A stretch of 64,000 nt of DNA from positions 10,600,818 through 10,664,817 of the forward strand of contig OZ037772.1 in assembly GCA_964035545.1 (NCBI GenBank), written 5' to 3'. The translations under genes were made by a program, and so were the position numbers. This stretch comes from Bugula neritina (lineage: Eukaryota; Animalia; Bryozoa). A model generated the notes under the pieces. That model worked only from the letters and a program-made list of their open reading frames with translations, was not told the DNA's origin and made no database searches. This document shows, in pieces, positions 25,415-38,600 of this stretch. Positions within the stretch are counted from its first letter, which is position 1. Every line of letters starts with the position of its first letter.

Positions 25415-26469
25415 CTAGAGACTAATGATGATATTACCAGCAAAGAGATCAATGCTACCAACTCATCTGTTGATCATTTACCTATAAACCAGCTGTTACA
25501 AAAAAGTGACCAATTATGGCAAATTTATATACTGGAATAATTTATCATTTATAATCTAATTGTAATACTGATAGTTATTATATAGTTATACTATTACTAG
25601 TATTACTATTAGTATTAGTATTACTGAGAGCGAGTGAGTAAATTAAAATGCAGTCATGCTATTACTTATAGTTATACTTATAGTACAAAATAAAATACTG
25701 TATAGTGTATCACTATTACTCTTAGCATATGTACAAGATTACGTATGATGATAATTATTTATCACTATCAGGCATACTCATACTGATACTGAGATTATCA
25801 CTCACATACTGCTACTCATACTATGAGTACTAATAGTCATAGAATTAGAGTTATAGTCATACTCATACTGATACTGATAGTCATACTCATACTTATAATG
25901 ATACTGAATGTGATAGTCATGCTCATAGTCAAAGTGATGATCGTAGAAGTGAATCGCAGTTGTAGCCAAAGCCTTAAAATTAGGAATACGTAAATTAATA
26001 CATAGTGATACTGATAGTTAATATAATTATAAATATTAAATTTATTTTTAATAATAATATCAATATTATTATCTATAAAATTAAATATATTAATAAACTA
26101 ATACTACTAGTACTATTACTATTAGTATTTATAATAATTATAATAATAAATTAGTGAATTACTATTACTAATAGTAATAGTAAATCCAATGCAGTATTAC
26201 ATTTACTAATAGTAATAGTAATACTAATAGTAATACTGTATAGTGTATTACTAATTTACTACTAGTACTACGTCTACTGTACTAGACCTAGGGCTAGTAC
26301 TAGTAGTAGTACTAGTAGTAGTACTGCTAGTGCTACTAGTACTAGTACTAGGTACAACTACAAGCAGCTTGCTACAAAACGAAATTGGCAAATAACAATT
26401 AAAGTATAACGACAAAATTGAAGCTACCAGCTATAAGGATGAGCCTAATAAAATAAACAATCATTTGGT

Positions 26470-26720
26470 TTACATTTTGTAATCATAATGATAATCATAA
26501 TGAGTAAGCATCCAGCGATTGAAAATTCTTCAGTTTAGCGGAAGCAGGATTGTTAGCAATGTGAAGGACAACAAATTATGTACGACTTTTTCAAGCCGGC
26601 TTGATCCGAATTAAAATTACATAGTATTACCGAAAGTAAGGGAACGACAATTCATAAACCCTAAAACCATGTCTTGCTATTTATTAGTTTCCGGTTAACA
26701 AAGCTAGCATTGCATTGAAT
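26470..26720. promoter_or_regulatory. Putative bidirectional promoter and first non-coding exons for NEK6/7 and Dr1
   Basis: A locally more GC- and CpG-rich patch between very AT-rich flanks. The plus-strand donor GTAAG at 26636 can splice to the acceptor at 27457, just upstream of the Dr1 ATG. The NEK ATG exon is also preceded by an AG acceptor. Confidence 0.45.
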
Positions 26721-27479
26721 GGATTTTCCCTGAAAAGAAAATTGTTAGTTATCGCAATATTAGTCTCACTCATTGCCAGTGTCACTGTTATACAGTGCCA
26801 TGACTATGTGAATATTTTATTTTGTGCATTATAACTGTCATTTGATGAATTTCCCATAATATATTGTTTTTTTTGCAATAAGATGAAGATACATTTAGTT
26901 TTACTTTTAGTATTACTAGTTAAAATTTATTATTTACAATAAAAATAATCATTAAATTTAATCATTATGATATTGATTATGATTTTGTTTAACTATCACA
27001 CTGACACTCACGGTATGAGTATCACTATGAATATGAATATCACTTCATAATCATAAATCATATGATGTTTAATAATAATATTAATTATAATATAATATTT
27101 ATATTATAATTAATATTATTATTATAATTGAAATTATTAACATTTTGATTTTTATGTAAAATTTGACAATATCAATATGAATATGAATATTTAATTTTAC
27201 TAAAATTATTTGTTATTTCAAGTTTAATTGATGAAAGTATAAGTTAGTAGTTATATTTACATTTTGATTTAGTAATAAATTTGTTAGGCTACAAGATTAT
27301 GTAATTATTAATATAAGAATTTATTGTTTTTAAATTTAATATTCATATTGATAATAGTATTGCTATAAGTATAAAACACATAATAATTTCCATATTATAA
27401 ATATTCATATTTACAAAAACTCTAATTGCCTGTGAAAGCATACACTGCCCGTTGTAGGTTTCTGGATGTCAGGCGAGTC

Positions 27480-30299
27480 ATGACGGAGAAATCAGGCACC
27501 ACCTCTGCTGCCGCAGCTGACGATGACGAGCTGTCGGTGCCTCGGTCTAGTGTGAATAAGATGATCAGAGAGCTGGCACCGCTCATGCGAGTCTGTACGT
27601 AGCTGCTTCGCGATTTCTATTTTCTAAGACAAGTAGGGTAGGGGTGGTGAGCTCCCAGCAATATGAGCCAAAGCCAGTGGAACTGTTGCTAATTAAAACT
27701 ATTTAATGGTAATGTAATTATATAATTACTGATTGATAGCAATTCTGTAGCCTGTAGGTCTATGATTTCTACATTTTGCTATACTGAGGAAGAGGTGTGT
27801 ATGCACAGCTTGAGGCAAAGTCTTTCAACACACTTACTTTTTGTATTCATACTGCAAATACATTAAGTGTTGAGTTTGCATATGCTGGTTAAGGTTAAAT
27901 TTTATCAGTGTTGATTATAAGTTGAAGTATATTATATATAATGTATGATAATATAATAATAATAATATATAATAACTGATGAAAAGACGTTTAGGAAAAG
28001 ATTGAACCCTATTATTTTCTATAAATTAAGGTTCATTGAAAAATGAAATGATACTTTGTTTTAACTCTGTCATTTTTTTATCATAATGATTAAGAATGAA
28101 AAATAGATGGTAAAAAATTAGCCCAATCTCTTTTCTTGTAGCTAACGACACTCGGGAGCTGATAGTGAATTGCTGCAATGAGTTCATACATCTTTTAGCC
28201 TCAGAGGCTAACGACGTCTGCAACCACCAGACTAAGAAGACAATAGCCCCGGAACACGTGCTGATAGGTATAACTTCTTACCTTCTAACTAGTGCTTCTT
28301 CTAGCTATAATAATGAATATATGAAGTTGACTAGCATAGCGCTTTGCTGGTTTATGAATAGAAAATTGCTAAGTCATGACACCTGAATACCAACAGCTAT
28401 CACATTCTTACCTCCAGCACCAAAGCTGTGTGTAGTAGTGACACTAGCAGAAAATGCCCTTCAATTTTATAATTGCCATAGCAAAACTATAAATGTAAAT
28501 ATAACATAAAAATGATTCTGTTTTCAAATGCACACAATGACAACGCTTAAGCTATTTTATGCAGTCCAATCAGTTGTATTTTGATTTCAGAATGATTTAG
28601 TTTTTCAACTATTTGTCTTGCAGTGCAATGCAAGAACTTCTGTGATTAGATGTTCTTACTTACATCAACGTATCACCTGCTTTAGTTTGCTATAGTTGAT
28701 GTACTAATCATTCAAGTTACAGTCTCTCTTGCTATACTCTACTCTCCTTTCTGTACTCTAATCTACTTATTACAGCGCTGGAGAATTTGGGGTTCAAGTC
28801 ATATTTAGCAGACGTGAAAGACTGCATAGACGAGGCGAAGGAAGTGGCGCTGAAGAAACGCAGACAGAGCACTAAACTGGAGAGTCTCGGAATTCCCGAA
28901 GAAGAGTTGCTACGGCAACAGCAAGAGTTGTTTGCTAAAGTAAGTTTTCCCTTTTGTTGTCAGAATTGTCCTCTCTTTATCATCGTATGATGTGGTCAAA
29001 TATTATATTGGAGCTTCAAGTGTTGTAAGAATACGAAGTAAGTTAGATCGGTTGCTAGTGTTCTAGATATGCTCTTAGAATGTGAATTAAAAGTGATTAT
29101 TGACAACTATTATCTAACAACTTACCTGCCCTCATTATCCTTAGTGAATTTATATTCATGAAAACTCAGAAATTTTGTTTATAGTCTGAGGATTATAACT
29201 GATAAGACAACATCAGTTACCTGCGGTTTGACATCAGCTGCAGGTAAAGTAAGTTTATGTTCTCCCAACTACCTATTTGGATTTAGTCGGTGGAAAAAGT
29301 ATAAAATGATGTTTTTCTAGCTGGAATGTCAACTTTACTAGCCTGAGTTCCATCAGACATGTTTTCTAGTATCGTAGCGTCTCCATGGCAACCAATTGTG
29401 TTGACAGGCTAGAGAAGAGCAGGCAGCTCTGGATCAGCAGGAATGGCAGGCTATGCAGCAGCAAGTAAACATGGCGCAAGCTCAGGCGGGTGCCCCTGGT
29501 ATGTACGCACCTCCCGGTACTATCCCACAGTATTCACATCACCCCGGCATGATGAACCCCTATCAACCTGGTATGCCGGGTATGCCGGGCGCTCCGGCCA
29601 CAGTCACAATGCTCCCTTCCAGCACTCCCCAGCCGGCCGCAACATCGCAGTCCTTCACCATGCCCTCTGGTAAGTGTTACAGCTTAGGTCAAAGGTTATA
29701 TGTACATTTTGTTGCACTGCTTTACGCCTGCATACCATTCTTTTCAATATTAGTATCGATGCTTTTTTGGTTTATATATACATTACTTGTTGAAATTTTA
29801 TGTATAATTGAGAAATGTTTGATTGGGAGTTTGTCGCCCTTAGCTTATAGTTCCTATCTTTGTTTTCCGGGCAATAGTATTGACTGGTGGAGTTGTTCTA
29901 CTTTTATTATTTAATATTTAACTTGAGAGGACCGTTTCTAGGACCTTCTATGTAAACATATTGTGCCTGCTCCTGAGTCTCTTCCATATTTAGAAGTTGT
30001 GTTCTCTTTGATTCACTACTTTCTGGTCATCAGAAGAAAGTAGGATAGTTTCTTGCTACTGTATGCACATAGCCATCACCTGATATACTTCTTAAATACT
30101 TTCTTAAGTGAAAATCACGCCTAAGTTTGATGATTAAAAACTCTATCAGTGTGGTGGAAATTTTTTGGATAAATCTTTTTACCAGCAACCAGTTGCTACA
30201 AGAATTATAGTTTCTCCAGTATAAATTATCTCCATGATCTCTAGAAGTCTTTGATATGTTGTAGTGCCAGTCACTGTAGAGGATGATGACGATTATTAG
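27480..30299 (+). CDS. DR1: Dr1 / NC2-beta, TBP-binding negative cofactor 2 histone-fold subunit, 233 aa
   Basis: Exons 27480-27594, 28142-28267, 28776-28939, 29408-29669, 30265-30299 (702 nt). The protein reads DDDELSVPRSSVNKMIRE...NDTRELIVNCCNEFIHLLASEANDVCNHQTKKTIAPEHVL...ALENLGF...KKRRQSTKLESLGIPEEELLRQQQELFAKAR, with an acidic tail EDDDDY*. The last exon was inferred from phase and the acidic tail. Confidence 0.93.
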
Positions 30300-32614
30300 A
30301 CTGTGTTCCAAGCAGCTGCTAGCCATAGATCCTAGAATAGCCATGCGTAAATGCCTGCTGAGGAACTTACAGTTATGTAAATAAAAACAGTCTGTAAATA
30401 ATATTTTTACTGGTAGCATTCTTATCGCAATTCTTAACCTTGACATGTGCATATACTATAGCGAGTTTACTAGCATCTGAATTAACTACTTCATTACTGT
30501 ACATATTATTTTAGTAGTGTATGGTTTATATTATATAAAATTCAGACTTTTTTCAACATTTCAAATAAATAATATATTTACCATAAATTCAAAACATTAA
30601 TTTATATTCCTTGGAGCTCTTGCATAGCTCATTATATAAGGTAGTCTTTCAGCCTTCCTGGAAATATCTAGTTAGCCTTGCATATACTAAATCCTATACT
30701 GTTTATAGTAAAAAGTTTTGAGTATAAATAGTGGACATTCCATGCTGCATGTTTATATAAACATCTCTTATACTCTATCATTGTCAAGTGATCATTTTCT
30801 CAAATGTGATTAATTAAATGCCATCACATCTTATTGGTAGTTATTGAAACAGCTCCTGTCCAAAATGATGTCATCATAAAGCTTGTGATGGTTAACCCTT
30901 GCCTCCCCCCTTCCTGTGTGTATCAATCCACCCTTTAACCTGATTACACTAAAAAGGTGATTATTTTGGTGGTCACAAATAATATGACCTTTTTTGGTCA
31001 ACTTCGGCTTCCAAAGTAGCCATGCTTAACCAATAGTCATATCAAATCATTTCTGATGATCAAGTTCAACCTTGACCTTTTTAACTGGCCAAACTTATTT
31101 TGCATTAGACAACTAACTGTGTGTAACTACAATGTTTGTGTGCAGCTAATAGTCTATCAATAGCTGCATTCATTGATTACATAAAATAATAGCAACACCT
31201 AATAACATTTCATTTCCTTTCTTTTATACCCAGTTTGATGCAATTGAACAATCTGAATTTGATCATGGAGGAATTGGCAATAACCTAAAAAATTGTGCAC
31301 ACAAAATCATGTTTTTCAAGAATTTCAACCTATGCCTCAAACCCAAAATTCCATCCAATCTAAAGATTTTGAGCTATTTATTTTTCCAGGCACTTTTAAA
31401 GCTGTGCACATTACAAATGAAAGTTGTCACTCCTTGAAGCTTATAAACCAATTTATTTACTTCTAATATATCTTAAACTGTTAATAGAGTCAATGAATAG
31501 ACTACTTATTGTATTATAGCAACCTAGTAATGTCCAGTGTTATGTTATTAGCATATTCCTAGTACATTAAACCTGTCAGTCATTGTTGGCAGGTATAAAT
31601 AACTTGTAAAACAATAGCGCTATTATATAACAACTGTATTGTTACCTAATTAAACTGGTATAAATTGTGAACAGTTAAGCTATTCATGAATCAAGTTTTC
31701 TATTGAACGTTAAGAGTTTTAGAAAAGGGATTGTAACTACATAGCAACACTAAACTGCACTGAATGCAGACAGCACCAGGGTGGTCAGTATGCAAGTATA
31801 TTTAACTAAGCCTTTCTCTTAGGAAAAGTTGGTAAGGTTGTCTGTGGTTATAGAAGGTATGTCTTTCATTTCTCATTCTCTAATAAAAGTATGCATAGTT
31901 ACATATAAATTATATATGTATGCACAATATTCAAGAATATGAGTAGTAAAATATTTTTAAAAAGCTTATGTGAGATTTATTCAAAGGTACTTAATGTAAT
32001 GTTAGGTTTACCCAGTGGTCCCTGTGGTGTAATGATTAGCATGCATGCTTGCAAGTCCTGGGTTTAAATCCCAGTAAAGGCAATAATTTTGCATACGCAC
32101 TGTGTTTTCAACTTATTTACTCATCAACTTGTTAACTTCAACCAAATAAAGAATTTTTGTTGCCGACTCCCCTCTTACGTATGACTATTACGTATACTAG
32201 TACAGTGTACAGTGCCAAATGAAATTTTCTTATCATGTTTGGGAAATGTTGAATGAAACTGTAACTAATAGTGAGATTCTCCAAGCAATTATAGTTGAAT
32301 AATACATTTAGTATAAAAAAGCTTCTAATACCAGCTTATGCAGAAATGTGATGAAAAGAATGGGTCCTTAATAACGTTACAAAGGGTATAGCACTATTCT
32401 ATTATTATGCATTTATAAAAAAATATTCATATTTTCAAAGCTTTTACATTTCAGATGCAGTAGAAATATATTTTCTCTCAAGTCTCTTTATATTGGACAG
32501 CTATGCTAATAGCTGCAATTCCTCGCCTTTATAGCTTAAGTGTTCATAGCATAATTATATTGGTGAGTTTGGCTGTTTTTAATTTATTTTTGAATTTCAG
32601 ACTGAAAAAAAAAC

Positions 32615-35600
32615 ATGGCGGCTTCGGCAGCAGAAGTAGATTATGGGTCAGCACCAGGGAACTGGCTGGCTCTGGAAATAAGGCGTTTTCAGGAAGCTTC
32701 CAAACACCTGTTTCCTGCCCCTAAACCTGGTGACGAGAAAGTCAGATATAATACCATATATGGTATTGATTATGCACCCCTTGGAAGAGTAAGTTAAATA
32801 GGCTCCGCCTATTGCTTTAATGTTTTTGTATTACTAGTACTGGTCTTTGATTTACCGTGTGAATAAAGAAAAGTAAAAATTAGCTTCACTGAATATATAG
32901 AAAAAATGGGAGCTGCTATGATTTACATTTAGGAGCAGTAGTGGAGAAATGAGATCTAAGCCTGAGTTCTTAAATTTTATTGTTGAAGTTTGGTTTGGGG
33001 CACGGGTTGAACATAACTTCTTTTGCTAAATTTCCAATTTCTAGAACACAGGCTTTTCTCAATTTCTCCATTATTGCACCTATAGCCTCATGATTTACCA
33101 AACAGGTTGTTGCAATCATGATGTATGCATGTATCTCTGCTCATTGATCTCTCATCTTTTTAGGAGATGTACAAAGTTGATACTCCAGCTTTACTGAAGA
33201 GGTCAGGTATCAGAAAGGAAGCACCTTTTGCTCTGGAACAAGCTAAGGTAAGGCAGTACGTATTTCTATGTGCCAGTTTACTTATAGTTGCAGCGCAGCA
33301 TTCAAACTAAATTCACAATTAAAGTTGCACCAATTTGGGGCAAACAGTTAGCTTGTACGCTCATAGAACCATTCCACTTAATTAAACTTATAGAGTGTTG
33401 GAAATAGTTCAAACATAGAAGGAGTAATTAAGGCAAGTTTGTTGCAGATAGTGGATTCCAGGTTTTGGATATAGCACCAGGAGTTGCTTACTTCTGTAAT
33501 TAATATAACAACATATTCTAAGCCCACATTTATAGCAATCATTAGGCTATAAAGATAGCATATTGCATTCAAGCGATAAAAACTAATTTTGATGCGTATT
33601 TAAATTTATTTAAAAATAAGAAATGTGAACATACATAACTTTATTTATTATAATTTGGTTTTAAAAAATTTATTTACCCCAGTTGATTGAAGCTCATTTA
33701 ATATTTTATATGTTCTCTATTCAAATAAATATGCATATGTGCTTTGGCATTTAGTACTTTGGGTCATTTACATAATTTTCGTTATAAGTGCTGGTCATGT
33801 GTTATTTAATAATTGATTATGAAATAATTAGCACAATAACAATTAAACTTTCATTAACTTTAGACAATGATTATGTAAAAAAATTCAGAATTAAATGAGC
33901 CTGCCAACAGTTTTTGAAGTATCCTGTTAACAAATTAACAAATTAATTCAACATTAATAAGTGTATATAATAAGTAGGGGTAGGGGGTACTAATTTATCC
34001 ACCCCTGCAATAATAAAGCACTTCAAGTACTTCAGCCACTTGAGTTGCTTAGCAACAAAGAGAGATTGAAGTTTAGAATGAATAGAGCTGAGACAATGCT
34101 TTAGGTTCAACACTTCATTAATAACTGCACTCAACAATACTGATAGTTCATTAGCACAAAGCAAATAGCTGTCTAACCTTCATCAATATGTCATATCAAT
34201 ATCACTTGCTCTAAGCACTGCACGTCATTATTAGTTTTAACTTGAATTCAAGGAAATTAAAAACTTGAACCCAGGTTTGTTCAAGGAAAGGCGTGATATG
34301 AGAGTTAGCATTCTGACTAATATTCATTGATTTTTAAAAGTTTAAAGTCCTGAAAGTCGAATTCACTTTTATATTTGGGGTCAGCAAAGTTTACTTTCGA
34401 TTCCCGTTTGTGGATTATTTGATAACAATTTTCGAAACTGACAGCGTTGAATCTTCTGAAATGAAGAATCATACTAAGACATCAGGGCTGGAGTTACTTG
34501 GACAAGCTCCTAAAGCAGTATGTAAATTTTCATAATAAAGTTTGCCTTTTGCTTCTACTTCCACTGCATGAGCTTTTTAAATTTTCTGCTTTATCCGTTT
34601 ATTTTCAAGTTTCATGCGTAATTTTGCTTGTTTTATAAATAGAAAACATGGTTTTCAAAAAAATCAAATCTAGGCTTATATAATATTTTTAATAGAGTAG
34701 TTTTAAAGCAATAATTTAAATAATTTCATATTCTAAGAGTCTCTCAAAATTAGGTATATAATTTTGATTTATGTTTGAAAGATATTTCAAATTGTAATTG
34801 CTATAGGTAGTCAATTAGTTTTGTGTTTTCTAGTTTCATGTCCTTTTAGTTTTGAGGTTTGATTAGATCAGTTGTATATTGAATATGTATTTTATGTGAC
34901 CCTGTATAAGCCATGGCTTTATAACATTATATATCAGTCCTCTAGTAGCTATATAATATAACTTAGCTAAACATTATCATACGTCTACACATATAGGCTA
35001 CATATATAGTTATGTCTGTTTATGGGATGCATGCACATTAAAGCTTTCAATGATTGTATAACGGCTGTAAATGACTTTATATAGCAATAAATGCAGTCTA
35101 CATGTATACAGTTGCAGTTACGTGAAAAAGTTCTAAATTTGCAATAAGCCACTTTACTTTCATGTGATTATAACTGTCTTCACATGCAGCAGCTGCTGAA
35201 TGAATAAGGAGGCTCTAACTATCATTAAACAATAATCTATATTCTATATCATGTGACTATATTGATTTATTGCACCTGTATGAAAGAGGCAATTAACATC
35301 TCATTTAAATTCTAAAAGTCATTGTATTCAGTGAAAGGGTCCAACTTCTCAGCTACTAAACAGGTTGCTTTGAAATTTATTTCTTATCAATCAGATTGAA
35401 TAAAAATATTTCAATGTTTGTGTACTAATACTACTACTGTAACCAGCTTAGTTTTTTGTCTTATGAACCAACTCCACAATAAAACTCAAGCAAGTTTATA
35501 GTCGCTATCCCTGTGAGAAACACTTGGTAGAAAGGGTTTTTGTTAAATCTGGCTAAGGACTTGTTTAAATGAGGCACAGGAGCAATTATGACTGGATGCT

Positions 35601-38600
35601 CTTCCTAACATCACCAATGGCCTTTGTCTGGGCTCAAACCCATGACCTTCGTGTTTACTAGGCAAACGCTCTAACCCCTAAACCACGGCTGCTCCACAAT
35701 AACTGATTGCAAATCTCATGAGTTACAAATAATAATATAATAATATAATAATATAATAAAACTAGCTAAAGGTCTAATAAAATAACCAAATAAACAAATT
35801 CACATATATTATTATGGCCCTAGTTTGATCCAACAGGTTGTGAGTTTTGGCAGAGTGCCAAAGAAAAGCTGTTGCCAGCTTCACTGGTTCCTTTATCACT
35901 GTGCCTTGTGACAATATAACAAGCTCTTACATTATTGGAGAATTACTATTTACTTTAACCTTACTTTATAGGTGTTATTGCGTGATAGCTTAATTTACGA
36001 TGGCTTATCTATATAAAATATAAAATCAAAACTCCAATATAAAAAATATAAAGAGAATAAACCCTGAAATGGTGCATCGTATTCTAATATATAGAATAAA
36101 GCAATCATTTTAATCAAGCTATAAATTGCTGCTAACTTGCATAAAATAAAGCCAATAATATACGAGTTTTGTAGCAGAAATATAAGGCAAGCAATGCAAG
36201 CTTTTAATTGCACTTTTCATCAGCATTGAAGACTATGTTCTATAGATTTTCATTAGCACCTTGAATAAGTAGCAACTGGAAATGCATTATTGTTTCTATG
36301 GTAACTTGCTGTTTCCATGGTAACATGCCACTGTTGAAACTGTAGTTCAAGCGGTATCCCAATAAGCAAAGACTTTAAAAGATAAATATGACTATTGGGT
36401 TTTTTTTAGAGGTTCAACTCATGGAAGGTACGTAAAGACTTGGTGGAAGTGGACAAAGTTCAAAAGAAGGTGGCTGAAAGAAGACAAACTGCACTGGAAG
36501 CTACCAAGAGAGAAGAAGAGATGTTAAGTTGTATGTAGATTATACACACATCTATAGACAATATAGATGGTAATATATAGTGTGTAGATGGCAATTTATA
36601 GATTGTAGATTATATATAATATGTCTATAGACAATAGATGTATTATATAGTATGTAGATGGCAATCGATAGATTGTAGATTATACATAAAGAATAGATGG
36701 TATTACATAGTGTCTATAGGTGGCAATCGAAAGATTGTAGATTGTGCATACATCTATAGACAATAGATGGTATTATATAGTGTCTAAACTGTAGATCATG
36801 TATACGCCTATAGACAATAAATGGTATTATAATTTATATAGTGTATTGATGGCAATCTATATAGATTGTAGATTATACATACCGATATAGACAAAATTTG
36901 TTACAAAAAGTACAACAAAGAAATTTTAGTGATCATAGCCTTAGTGGTCTAGTTCTATATCCCACAGTTCCTGCTATTAAGAGGAGTCAGTCGGTTGCCC
37001 CATCAACTGAGAGGAAGGTAGAGCCAAAGGCTGGGCTGAAGACTCCAATTCTCCTACCAGGACCACAAATATCTAAGTAATGCATTTCAGCTGCAAACAC
37101 ACAGTATATTTGAGTATTGGTGTTGTTTCCATCTATCAGTATTATAATTTATATATATATACTCTTTATATCAAGCACAGTGGAGGTAGATGACCAGCTA
37201 TACACTCTTGAGGTTTATTAGGTTGTGTTATTCTTTAGAGCGAGAACCTCACCAAAGAGCGAAGTGGGACGATCTTTGCCAGCGTCTCTCTCTGCTCACA
37301 GATATAAGGTAGGTGGGTTACAGGTTTTATAGTAATGAAACTTGATATAAGAGGCTGGTGGAAATTGTTGTTTGGAGTTATCTTTCCACATTAATATTAG
37401 CCATCTTGGAATCAGTATATTGATAGTTATTATTAAAAGGAAATCAAACTGTTGGTAAGTAACTTGTGTAAGATTGGCATGCACTCTGATATTTATTACT
37501 TTTACATATGCCAAGTGTTAATAATAATCGCCAGACATAGTTTATTATGCAAATATTATGGTCTAGCAATAAGAGCACTTAGTAAACATGAGGCCAGTGG
37601 TTTGATTCTCAATAAAGACCATTGGAAATGTTAGGAAGGACATTCAGTCATAATTGCTCCTTTGCCACAATAGAAAATAAGTCCTTTGCCCCATTTTAAA
37701 CAAGCCCTTTACATCAGGAGTTCTCACAGAGATAGTGACTAAAATAGTTAGAATATTTGAAAATGATAAATTATGAAATTGTCATCTTTTTGTATAAAAT
37801 TATTCAACTTTTCAGGAGATTAAGAAGGATCTGCTAGAAGCAGCAGGACAGTACATGCAGACAACTCCAAAGCCAGACAGACGAGTTATAGACCGAGCTC
37901 TCTCAGTGAGGTACAACATGTAGCTCTTAGTTTCCAGTTAACCACAGGCTAATCTTATGCTAGTGTACTTTACCTCTACTAAGTTCATGACTAAGTGGTC
38001 CAATATTAAACACGTAACTTTTAGTTTTCATTTGTTTCTAGTTTAGCCTAGCCATATAGGTTCAGTAGGGAGAAAGTTGTAATAGCTCAAGTTCTTAAGA
38101 TTCTTAATATATTTTGGTTTGGGGTGGGAGCTGAATTTCTCTCTAAATTATATAAAATCTTGTTGCTACATTTCTAATCAAGAGCATAGGCTGTATTAAT
38201 TTCCTATTGTTGCTTCTACATCACGTAGCTTAATATTTCTTCACAAGACACAAGGCACATAAGCATCCCCTTCCATAACTGTACAGGTTTTGAACCCCAG
38301 GCTAATTTTACATAAAGCACCCCCCTCCCCTATTTCTTTATTAAGGTTATTGCCAATGAGTCTAAAAGTTTTATAATATTTGTATTCCCAGACTACTTTA
38401 TTGTCCTTGAGCAGTATTTTATAGAGTATTAAAAGTATTTTACCAGCAAGCTCTTTCTCAACAACCACTTAGTTGAATTCATAATTAATAGTATAATATT
38501 TACAGTAGATATTTCTAACAATAGCCTGTGATTTATCACTCTTTTTGTCACTAAGCACTGCTTGTCTAACTTTTGTTTGTTTTTGGATTAACACTTTTTC

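Noticed and set aside
30030-30452. 140-aa minus-strand ORF
   Set aside because: It is antisense to the Dr1 last exon and 3' UTR, with no motif or splice support.
32010-32082. tRNA gene
   Set aside because: It has A-box-like and B-box-like motifs but no complete cloverleaf; more likely a decayed SINE head. The same applies to the family A heads.
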